Shown piece by piece: positions 17,699 to 25,446 of a stretch of DNA of 64,000 nt; within the stretch, counting starts at the first letter, position 1; every line of letters begins with the position of its first letter. Below the pieces are notes generated by a model, which saw nothing but the letters and a program-made list of their open reading frames with translations, was not told the origin of the DNA and made no database searches. Source of the DNA: a virus. Its lineage: Duplodnaviria; Caudoviricetes. The DNA lies in the IMG/VR virus record IMGVR_UViG_3300044982_000010, positions 145 to 64,144 of that record; one strand, written 5' to 3'. The position numbers and the translations under genes are program-made.

Positions 17699-20650
17699 GT
17701 GGATAAAGATGGTTTGGATTTTCTAGCGCAAGCTGCCGTCATTGATAGTGGGTCTTGGTTCAACGTCCATCGCCGGTTGACGTTTCAGGATGGTCGCCCG
17801 GCCATCATGCCGGGCAGTGCGCATCAATCACTTCGTACGGCGGCGCAGGACGCGGACTATTGGTCCCAGCGTAAAGGCCAGTGCGTCTACCTCGCACAGG
17901 GCATTTTTCGTAACGCCGGGGAGATGGGCCGGTACTATCCGAAGGCGATCCGGCAGGAGCCGAACCTTATCGGCTGCAAGAACCTGTACATGGACATGGA
18001 TGTGAAGGCGGGAGCGTACGCCTCGCATCGCGAGGTGCTGAAAGCGATCCACGACTTCATTCGTCAGAGCAACCTGCCGTGGCCCAACTTGTTGGTGGGC
18101 AGCGGCAACGGTGGGGTGCATAGCTACTGGACCTTGGACACTGACTTTGATGTGCGCGAGTTCCGCCGCATGGCGGCGCAATTGGTCGCCGCCGTCAACC
18201 AGCACGGGCTGATCATCGACCAGAACTGCACCAGCGATCCCGTCCGCCTGATGCGAATGCCGGGAACGTGGAACTTTAAATACGCCACGCACGACGGCAG
18301 CGTACTACCGACGCCGGTCACGCTCCTGTTCCGCGAGCCGAAGCTCACGCCCCTGTCTACGATGCAGAAGGAGTTGAACCGCTTCAAGCCAGTGGCGACG
18401 GCGAGCGCAGGAGGTACTCAGCAGAGTAAGCCGGGCCTCAACGACGATCTATCTGGGGGCATGAAGGGTGGCTACGCTCCTGCAAACATTGACATGGTGG
18501 CTACGTTCTGCCCCTTCATTCGTGAGACACTGGACAAGGCTGGCTCCAATCTTGTTGGCGAGCCGCACTGGAAGCTGGTTGCTGGTCTATCTTGTCACTG
18601 CGATGATCCATCTACGACTGTGCATCGCTTGGCGGGCAAGCATCCAAACTATACGCACGAAGGCACAGAAGATAAGCTGGCAGTGGCATTACAGGCGCGG
18701 GCGAACCGCCCGAGCATTGGCCCAGAGAAATGCGCCACCATCCACAACACTTACAAAATCCCTCAATGTGCAACCTGCCCTCACCTTAATTTGGGCACCA
18801 CCCCACTATCAATTCAGTTTAAGCAGCCCAACAATTCAGCTTTTACGGGGTCCGCCGCCAACCGTAGTCCCAACTCAATAGACTTGCCGAGAGGTTACTA
18901 TCGTGGCAACGACGACCTGATCTACAAGTCCATCATTCTAGACAAGGGCGGCGGCACGGAGCAGGTTCTGGTATTCGAGTATCAGATCATGCCGGGAACC
19001 GCCCACATCGAGGCAGGCAAACCGTTCCAGTTTGTGTTCGACACCGTGCAGGGGGGTAAGCGGGTCACCAAGCGGTTCGACATGACGATCATTGCCGACA
19101 ATACCGCCTTTGCCAAGGCGTTCGCCGCCGAGGGGCTACCGATCACCATCAAAGTCGATCTTCCGAGGATGCTCGTGGCAAACTACCTGAAGGAACTACA
19201 GAAGAAGCCAGAGACGCTGGTCGATGTGCCAGCCTTCGGCTGGAGCCAAGACTATAAGGGCGATATGGGTTTCGCCTTCGCCGGGAAGTTCTTCTCCCCT
19301 GCCGGTGACTTCAAAGCCAACCGTCCCGGCGACGGGGTAGAGGATTACCGGGTGACCGGCACCGAGAGGCCGTGGCGGGCGCTATCAAGGATTTTACTCA
19401 CGTCCGAGCGGCCTGACCTGTGCTGCATGGCGGCTTCGACATTCGCCGCACCGCTGGTGGACATGACCGGACACGCCGGGTTACTCCTTGGGTTAATCTC
19501 AGGCAAGTCCGGCATCGGGAAATCAACCACGCTTCTCTTCGGTCAAAGCGTGTGGTCGAAGCCGGTCGTGGGTGGTCTGAGCGACACTGTGATCTACACC
19601 TTTGCCAAGTGCGCCATGCTGCGGCACCTGCCTCTGTTCTATGACGAGATCAAGGGCGAGAAGCAGATGAAGGCGATGACCGAGTTGGCGTTTCAGTTGA
19701 CCGGGGGCCGCGAGAAGGGCCGCGCCAACCGCATGGGCAACATGCGGGCGATCAAAGAGTTCCGCACCCTGTGCGGGTACTGCGCCAACGCGTCCATCGT
19801 CAACGCCGTACGCGAGGAGGACAAGGGAACGGACGCCTCGTGGTTGCGCATGTTTGAGATGCAGGCGATAGACGCGCCGAACACCGAGAAGGAATTTGCC
19901 TATGAGGTGAACGAGCATCTGACGGCGTTGCACTTCAACTATGGCGGCGTCGGATTGATCTACGCCAAGCACCTTGGTGAGAACCACGAGACGATCTCCA
20001 AGATGCTGGTCGCCATGCAGCGGCGGGTATCGCAAGACCTTGGCGCGGACCCCAAGATACAGCGCTATTGGATCGACGCCATATCCACCGTGCTGCTGGG
20101 CGCAATGATCGCCAACCTGCTGGGGCTGGGCATGTTCCCTGTCGAAGCGATGAAGACCTATATGTACTGGGAGTTCCGGCGCATGGCGCAGGAGATGGCG
20201 GAAAACCCGAACGACTACGGCACCGACATTGCTCTGGTGAGTACGTTGGGCGCGTTCCTCAACGAGAAGCTGCCGCGCAACACCATCGTGCTTAGTCGTA
20301 CACAAATTGGTCCGGGCAAGCCGAGCAACGACATCAAGATCATCAACGACGCGATGAACAAGCAGTGGGGCGCGCTGGAGGTGCAGCTATCGGGTAGCCC
20401 GTTGCTGCTGCGCATCACCGACAGTTCGCTGAGCGCGTGGTGCAAGCGCACCGGACGACCCAAGTCTAACTTGTGCGCGGCGATGAAGAAGCGCCTGAAC
20501 GCCAAGATGCTGAACGTCGTCATTGGCGCTGGCACCAAGATGGCTGGGGCGAAGGAGAACTCGTGGGTCATCGAAGCGACCGGCACGGTGTTGGAGGACA
20601 CGCTTGAGTACATCATAGCCCACGGCAAGTTTGAACCCAACAGTCCCTAA
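17699..20650 (+). CDS. Primase-helicase fusion (AEP/RepB-like N-terminus, DUF927-like NTPase)
   Basis: DMD...SGNGGVHSYW...D..RLMRMPGT.N primase motifs; GKSGIGKST Walker A, YDE, GGREKGR. Confidence 0.85.
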   Translation: MDKDGLDFLAQAAVIDSGSWFNVHRRLTFQDGRPAIMPGSAHQSLRTAAQDADYWSQRKGQCVYLAQGIFRNAGEMGRYYPKAIRQEPNLIGCKNLYMDMDVKAGAYASHREVLKAIHDFIRQSNLPWPNLLVGSGNGGVHSYWTLDTDFDVREFRRMAAQLVAAVNQHGLIIDQNCTSDPVRLMRMPGTWNFKYATHDGSVLPTPVTLLFREPKLTPLSTMQKELNRFKPVATASAGGTQQSKPGLNDDLSGGMKGGYAPANIDMVATFCPFIRETLDKAGSNLVGEPHWKLVAGLSCHCDDPSTTVHRLAGKHPNYTHEGTEDKLAVALQARANRPSIGPEKCATIHNTYKIPQCATCPHLNLGTTPLSIQFKQPNNSAFTGSAANRSPNSIDLPRGYYRGNDDLIYKSIILDKGGGTEQVLVFEYQIMPGTAHIEAGKPFQFVFDTVQGGKRVTKRFDMTIIADNTAFAKAFAAEGLPITIKVDLPRMLVANYLKELQKKPETLVDVPAFGWSQDYKGDMGFAFAGKFFSPAGDFKANRPGDGVEDYRVTGTERPWRALSRILLTSERPDLCCMAASTFAAPLVDMTGHAGLLLGLISGKSGIGKSTTLLFGQSVWSKPVVGGLSDTVIYTFAKCAMLRHLPLFYDEIKGEKQMKAMTELAFQLTGGREKGRANRMGNMRAIKEFRTLCGYCANASIVNAVREEDKGTDASWLRMFEMQAIDAPNTEKEFAYEVNEHLTALHFNYGGVGLIYAKHLGENHETISKMLVAMQRRVSQDLGADPKIQRYWIDAISTVLLGAMIANLLGLGMFPVEAMKTYMYWEFRRMAQEMAENPNDYGTDIALVSTLGAFLNEKLPRNTIVLSRTQIGPGKPSNDIKIINDAMNKQWGALEVQLSGSPLLLRITDSSLSAWCKRTGRPKSNLCAAMKKRLNAKMLNVVIGAGTKMAGAKENSWVIEATGTVLEDTLEYIIAHGKFEPNSP

Positions 20651-20665
20651 CTCAGGAGAGTAACA

Positions 20666-20914
20666 ATGAACGAAAGCCAAGAACCCGCACGCCCCGTACT
20701 CCCCGCTATGCCATCCCGCATGTCTCACTTCGATGACATAGGTGATATCGCTAAGAAGTCCGTTGGTATGCGCTCGCTACGGCGGGCGGCGGCAGTCAAC
20801 GCCGTGGTGATGGCGCGTGAGCATGCCCAGCGCGCATTGGAGCCGTTCACTCAGTCTGATGCCGATGTGATCATGGCGATCATGGAGCTACTGGAGAAGG
20901 TCGCCGGGGCATGA
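20666..20914 (+). CDS. Hypothetical protein
   Basis: RBS supplied by the palindrome at 20648. Confidence 0.65.
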   Translation: MNESQEPARPVLPAMPSRMSHFDDIGDIAKKSVGMRSLRRAAAVNAVVMAREHAQRALEPFTQSDADVIMAIMELLEKVAGA

Positions 20915-21153
20915 CAGACTTACCTCCCAACTACCTAGAAAAGCAAGCGAAGTGGGTCAAGCGCATGCAGAAAGCTGGGCTATTCCCACCTGATCCTCCC
21001 GCTGTCCCTACCGAACCATCTCTGCCGGAAGGCCAGTGGCGGATGACGAGCCAGCCTGATGGTATGGTGTTCGTTGAAGTCAACAACGTCCCTGTTCCAA
21101 CAGAGGTAGCGAAGAAACTTTTCGACCTCGTGATGGGAACAGAAGCGTCGTGA
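20911..21153 (+). CDS. Hypothetical protein
   Basis: ATGA coupling. Confidence 0.6.
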   Translation: MTDLPPNYLEKQAKWVKRMQKAGLFPPDPPAVPTEPSLPEGQWRMTSQPDGMVFVEVNNVPVPTEVAKKLFDLVMGTEAS

Positions 21154-21440
21154 GGGCGTCAACTATCATCTTACTCGCGGGGGTAGGCTATGCCCACGTT
21201 CAACCAGTTTACGCTCAGCATTGCTATAGTCGCTGGCATTATCCATATCCGCAACGCTGTGGCTTATACGCGCGGACGAGCGTCCCTGTACGGGTTCTAC
21301 CAAGCAGCGTTACTCCTCCCCATCATATTGATAATCATATACCACTGCCTGACATGAGCGCGGCATGGAACGTTGACGATCTTAGCGAAGGGATGCAGCG
21401 CCTCAAGGCGCTGCGTTCGCTTACTCAGGAGGGTAACTGA
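21150..21440 (+). CDS. Hypothetical protein, possible signal peptide
   Basis: Hydrophobic N-terminus, then HCYSRWHYPYPQRC. Confidence 0.55.
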   Translation: MRASTIILLAGVGYAHVQPVYAQHCYSRWHYPYPQRCGLYARTSVPVRVLPSSVTPPHHIDNHIPLPDMSAAWNVDDLSEGMQRLKALRSLTQEGN

Positions 21441-21634
21441 TGGGAAATTTTTCAGCTATGACTGAAGAAGAAATTATGACCTACTTTATGAACCACATGG
21501 AGACTAATGGTCAATACGCTATAGCGTTCGCCATTATGGCGCTCAAGACTGAACTTGCAGGCCAGCTTACGGATATCTATGAGATGCTTGACGGCATAAC
21601 CACTCAAATTAAAGTTCTTGCCGATAACGTTTAG
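21440..21634 (+). CDS. Hypothetical protein
   Basis: AGGAGG RBS from the palindrome at 21421; last gene of the rightward arm. Confidence 0.65.
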   Translation: MGNFSAMTEEEIMTYFMNHMETNGQYAIAFAIMALKTELAGQLTDIYEMLDGITTQIKVLADNV

Positions 21635-21639
21635 GTAAT

Positions 21640-21673
21640 AAAAAGGGTGGGCCACGGGAGTAGCCCACCCAAG
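21640..21673. terminator. Intrinsic terminator between convergent arms
   Basis: AAAAA-GGGTGGGC...GCCCACCC; the U-tract reads on the - strand. Confidence 0.7.
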
Positions 21674-21706
21674 TGTACGTAAGCCCCAATGAACGAAAGC
21701 TTACGA

Positions 21707-22372
21707 TTAGAATACCTCGCGCAACTCCCGTCGCTTGCGCATGCCCAAGAACGCCAAGCCGCCGAACCCCAGCAGGAGCATCGCCCACGTCGAGGGTTCA
21801 GGCACCCCAGTGGTCAACTGGATCGAGCCGCCAAACGACTGACGCGGCGCAGTGAAGTCCACCGCGAACTGCGTCTCGTCCGAACTGAACGCGCCGGTCG
21901 CCGCCGACACCGGGCCGAACGAACCATCGAGCAACGCCACCGGGAAGGTATGCGTGGCCAGCAACCCGCCATTGGCGAAGGTGCTTTCAGTCGTCGGGCC
22001 GGGGTCGTTGGTCAAACCGTTAACCGTGAACGTGCTGAGCGTGTTGCCAAGCCCAAGGATCGCGCTCTGAATAACGTCCACCGTCAGCGTGTGCGCGCCG
22101 CTGAAGCCTGCCGCTGCGGTGGCGTCGAGGGTGACGCTGGACAAGTCGGCGTTGGGCAGGATGGGACTGCCCTGCGCAGCGATGGTGATGTTGGCGAAGT
22201 TGGCGTCGTTGGCGGTGAGGCTCGCCGCACCCGTGGTGACTCCGGTAATATTGTCGATCAGTGCGCCGTTGTCGAACACTTCGATCTGCAACGTCGCACT
22301 CGCGGGGGTAACCCCTACAGCGGCTAGCACCGCCGCACTCATTAGAAACCTATTCATCTGTCCGATCTCCAT
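21707..22372 (-). CDS. PEP-CTERM (PEPxxWA subtype) exosortase-target surface protein
   Basis: Signal peptide (MNRFLMSAAVLAAVGVTPASA), Thr/Gly/Asn-rich body and C-terminal VPEPSTWAMLLLGFGGLAFLGMRKRR. Confidence 0.92.
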   Translation of the reverse strand: MEIGQMNRFLMSAAVLAAVGVTPASATLQIEVFDNGALIDNITGVTTGAASLTANDANFANITIAAQGSPILPNADLSSVTLDATAAAGFSGAHTLTVDVIQSAILGLGNTLSTFTVNGLTNDPGPTTESTFANGGLLATHTFPVALLDGSFGPVSAATGAFSSDETQFAVDFTAPRQSFGGSIQLTTGVPEPSTWAMLLLGFGGLAFLGMRKRRELREVF

Positions 22373-22405
22373 TCCCCAGAGGCGAACCTTTCGCCAATGC
22401 GCAAA

Positions 22406-22434
22406 AGTATAACATAATGGTGTGAATGTGTCAA
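22406..22434 (-). promoter_or_regulatory. Sigma70 promoter of the PEP-CTERM gene
   Basis: Minus-strand TTGACA(22434-22429)-17 bp-TATACT(22411-22406). Confidence 0.8.
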
Positions 22435-22437
22435 GAC

Positions 22438-22465
22438 ACTGGCGGGAATTAGTTTTCCCGCCAGT
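22438..22465 (-). terminator. Hairpin ending the late operon
   Basis: 11-bp inverted repeat ACTGGCGGGAA / TTCCCGCCAGT. Confidence 0.6.
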
Positions 22466-22473
22466 TCATGTTG

Positions 22474-22998
22474 TCACTCTAGATCGACAATCGCGTTCTC
22501 GTTCTTCATCCAACGCTTCTCAGGTCCGCCACCCTCCCTGCCGCTGCCCACGGTGGGGAAACCGCGCATGCGGATAACGCTCTCGCTATCGTCCGGTGCA
22601 GGAACCGCCGCCGTGGTCGGGTCGATGGGAGTACGATATGCGCCGGTCGTGGTGGTCAGTCCCGGCACCGCGTCGGGAAGCGGCTGTTCTTTTGCCGGGC
22701 TGGCGCGGGTCACGTCGGCACCTAGCGCCAACAGCTTGTCGCGCAGGTCTTCGTCGTCACCCACCCCCATCGTCGCGCGCTCGTAAGCCGCGTCGTCGGC
22801 GCGCTTGAACGCTGCGGCGGCTTCCTCAGCGCGCTGGCGCAACGTCTCTTCCGTCGAGCGCTTGGGCGGGCCGTTGGCGGGCATAGGTCCGCCACCGCCG
22901 CCCTTGGTGCGCTCCATATCCCTTGTGGCGTTGGGATTGTCCATCTGCTCGCGGGTCAGCGGCGGGGGTCGGGATGGTGTCTGTGGTGCTTGTGCCAT
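22474..22998 (-). CDS. Hypothetical protein, probably disordered
   Basis: AGGAG RBS; 174 aa. Confidence 0.7.
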   Translation of the reverse strand: MAQAPQTPSRPPPLTREQMDNPNATRDMERTKGGGGGPMPANGPPKRSTEETLRQRAEEAAAAFKRADDAAYERATMGVGDDEDLRDKLLALGADVTRASPAKEQPLPDAVPGLTTTTGAYRTPIDPTTAAVPAPDDSESVIRMRGFPTVGSGREGGGPEKRWMKNENAIVDLE

Positions 22999-23016
22999 AT
23001 CGCTTCTCCTACGGCC

Positions 23017-23238
23017 CTATGACGAACCGGAAGGCGGGCCGTGCGCGCTTCCGTTATCCTTGCCTCTGCTGAACCAATAGCCCATGATGATGGCGCTACC
23101 GGCAGGGATGGTGATCAGAAGTCGATCAACGATCTTCTGATTGTGGATGATCTCCGTGCCACACAGAACGAGCGTGATCATCGCCCCGACTGCCCAGATG
23201 ATGGTGACGATAAGATCAGGGCGAAAGTTTTTCATCAT
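23017..23238 (-). CDS. Putative holin
   Basis: Two hydrophobic helices ending in MGYWF; overlaps the endolysin stop. Confidence 0.65.
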   Translation of the reverse strand: MMKNFRPDLIVTIIWAVGAMITLVLCGTEIIHNQKIVDRLLITIPAGSAIIMGYWFSRGKDNGSAHGPPSGSS

Positions 23239-23696
23239 GCAAATCCGTGGCGCGTGCCTTTAGTGTCGATAGTCAGGGCCATGTGGCGCGGCTCGCCCGC
23301 GCTCAGCCCGAGATGCACCCAAGTGTCATATTCGTGGATCAACTGATCGATGCCAAGCTTCTTCATGTGTGAGTGCAGATGCTTGCAAATCTGAAGAGGG
23401 GTGCCGAAACCCGGACACGAGAAGTCAACCGCCAGCCCGCTCATGTGGGCGCTGTTCTTGCTCCCTCCCACTGCCGCATTGACTTGCGGAGAACGATAGC
23501 CGGAACTGATCAACACTGGATGATCGCCAAGCAGCGTGCGCACGTCCTCCATCACTTCGGCAGTGCGTTGGAGGCTGGCCCGTTCTGGACTGCCCATTGG
23601 CGGCACATTGTTCAAGCCCATGCGCGCCGCCGTCTGGCTGTCGGTCATCTCTTCCAAAGTGAAGTGCGGCGTAAGCTCCGTCACTTCTGCCCCCAT
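23235..23696 (-). CDS. Endolysin, peptidase M15A (D-Ala-D-Ala carboxypeptidase-like)
   Basis: LTPHFTLEEM..S.TA, SSGYRS..VN.AVGG...SAH..G.A.D, WVH. Confidence 0.88.
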   Translation of the reverse strand: MGAEVTELTPHFTLEEMTDSQTAARMGLNNVPPMGSPERASLQRTAEVMEDVRTLLGDHPVLISSGYRSPQVNAAVGGSKNSAHMSGLAVDFSCPGFGTPLQICKHLHSHMKKLGIDQLIHEYDTWVHLGLSAGEPRHMALTIDTKGTRHGFA

Positions 23697-23854
23697 CGCT
23701 TCCAGCCGCCTGTGGCGGGCTTGACCCCGCCGCGTGCGACTGCGCCGCCCTTGGCCAGCTTGGGGCTGGGGCCGGGGTAGACCAAGGCTTCCGCCTTGTT
23801 GTTCTCGAACGCTTGGTGAGCGGAGCTTTCTTCCTTGCTTTTACCCTTGTTCAT
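23681..23854 (-). CDS. Small basic protein (57 aa, not in ORF track) with LAKGG/ARGG
   Basis: MNKGKSKEESS...PKLAKGGAVARGGVKPATGGWKRWGQK; ATGA-coupled to the upstream gene. Confidence 0.55.
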   Translation of the reverse strand: MNKGKSKEESSAHQAFENNKAEALVYPGPSPKLAKGGAVARGGVKPATGGWKRWGQK

Positions 23855-24111
23855 GTCTTCCTCGCCCGGTTAGTCTTGCTGTTGTATTTGAAGTCGGATG
23901 GTTTCCCACCAGAGTAACTCGCCTGCCGGTCCTTGGCCCGCTCGCCCGGCGTCATCTCGCCGCGCTTCGCGCCCTTGGCGGTCGCTTCTTGCGTGCCGGG
24001 CTTGAGGTTGCCCGACTTCTGGAGCGCGCTGGTGGCGATGGCGAAGGCGTTAGCCTTGGGCTTGCCCTTCGCTTCCAACTGACCCACTAGCCTGTCCAGT
24101 ATCTTCGGCAT
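23851..24111 (-). CDS. Small basic phage protein
   Basis: MPKILDRLV.QL...AFAIAT..LQKSG; RBS from the palindrome at 24117. Confidence 0.7.
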   Translation of the reverse strand: MPKILDRLVGQLEAKGKPKANAFAIATSALQKSGNLKPGTQEATAKGAKRGEMTPGERAKDRQASYSGGKPSDFKYNSKTNRARKT

Positions 24112-24162
24112 GCGACTTACTCCCGTGGGTAACGGGAGGGGTTGCCCCCTCCCGCTTAGTTG

Positions 24163-24816
24163 TTAGCGTCCGAGCCGTGACTTCGGCTGCGCGGTCGGCG
24201 GCAGACCATGATCGGGCTGCGGGGGCTGAGTTTCCGGCCCCTCGCCTTCATCGGGGAGGCCCTGATCCGGCGACGGCGGCTTGATCTCGACTACGATGTA
24301 GCGATAACCAACCCCTTGGATCGCCGCCAGCACCAGCGCTTTGCCAGTGGGCGCAGCACCCGGAGGAAGCGGGGGCCACACCGTACCCGGAGGCGGGTCA
24401 GTCGGGGGAAGCGGATGGCCCGGCACAGGGGGAAGGCCCTGATCCGGTCCAATCGGCCACACTGGAAGTTGTCCAGCGCTGCCGCCCTCACCGTCCTCGT
24501 CTACGCCCCACCCCGGATCGACCGGACGACCCGGACGCGGCGGACGGTTGCCTACATGCGGCGGACGGCCCGAACCCGGAGGCCGGTTGCCGGGGCGCGG
24601 CGGACGCCCCTGACCCGGAAGCCCCTGATCGGGGTGACCGGGGAAGCCGCCCCAACCCGGAGGCAAGCCGTGATCGGGATGTTCCCCCAGACCCGGAAGC
24701 TCCTGATCGGGGTAACCCCCTTCGTCAATGCCCCAGTCAGGAGGACCACCTCCACCGGGGCGACCGCCACTGGGGCGCTCGACAAACTGAATATACGCCC
24801 ATGAACCTTTTGGCAT
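24163..24816 (-). CDS. Pro/Gly-rich protein with PD(Q/H)GLP repeats
   Basis: GGAG RBS before ATG 24816; repeated PDQELP/PDHGLP/PDQGLP units. Confidence 0.7.
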   Translation of the reverse strand: MPKGSWAYIQFVERPSGGRPGGGGPPDWGIDEGGYPDQELPGLGEHPDHGLPPGWGGFPGHPDQGLPGQGRPPRPGNRPPGSGRPPHVGNRPPRPGRPVDPGWGVDEDGEGGSAGQLPVWPIGPDQGLPPVPGHPLPPTDPPPGTVWPPLPPGAAPTGKALVLAAIQGVGYRYIVVEIKPPSPDQGLPDEGEGPETQPPQPDHGLPPTAQPKSRLGR

Positions 24817-24862
24817 TGCGTTTTCTCCACTGTTGACCCACCCCAATTGGTGCGTCGAACCT

Positions 24863-25039
24863 CTATCGTATATACCCTAACAGCAACAGAACGATGACGA
24901 TGATTAACAACACCCCCACGATCCCGATGCCGTAGTTCCCGCCGCCGTAGCCGTATGGCACGCCGAAGCGAGTTCCGCCGAAGCCCCCTAGTAAGATTAG
25001 CACTAGTAAAACTACTAGGAGAAGGCCCAGCGGAGACAT
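24863..25039 (-). CDS. DUF3309-like small membrane protein (58 aa, not in ORF track)
   Basis: MSPLGLLLVVLLVLILLGGFGG...GYGGGNYGIGIVGVLLIIVIVLLLLGYIR; AGGAGG RBS. Confidence 0.75.
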   Translation of the reverse strand: MSPLGLLLVVLLVLILLGGFGGTRFGVPYGYGGGNYGIGIVGVLLIIVIVLLLLGYIR

Positions 25040-25164
25040 TAAACCCTCCTATACTTAGCTAGCTGGCGTCGGCATATCGTACGTCCTCGTCGCAGCGTCA
25101 CGACAAACCCACGATTTCTACGACAGCGACAAGTAAACGCCTCCCTCATCTTAACTCTCCTGAG

Positions 25165-25446
25165 TTACTTGTCAACCGGCACGTGGTATTTGGTTTGCCC
25201 GGCTCGCCACGAGCGGTTCTTCTTCGCGCTCTCAACGCGCTCATTGGAGAGCTTGTTCGCTCCACCTCCCGCAAGCGGCGTAATGTGAGCCACATCGCCA
25301 GACGGAGCGTGACCCAGCTTCTTAGTCTCCGCTCGGCGCGCTTCATTGCGCTCCGCACGGTGCTTGATCTGCTCGGGCCGTCCCTGATACTCGGCGTACT
25401 CATGCTTGTAGTTCCTTTTGCTCGGTGGGTTCTTACTGGTAGGCAT
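25165..25446 (-). CDS. Small HNH-like protein
   Basis: RNYKHEY...RAERNEARR...DVAH..PL..GG.N...N.RV......NR. Confidence 0.75.
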   Translation of the reverse strand: MPTSKNPPSKRNYKHEYAEYQGRPEQIKHRAERNEARRAETKKLGHAPSGDVAHITPLAGGGANKLSNERVESAKKNRSWRAGQTKYHVPVDK

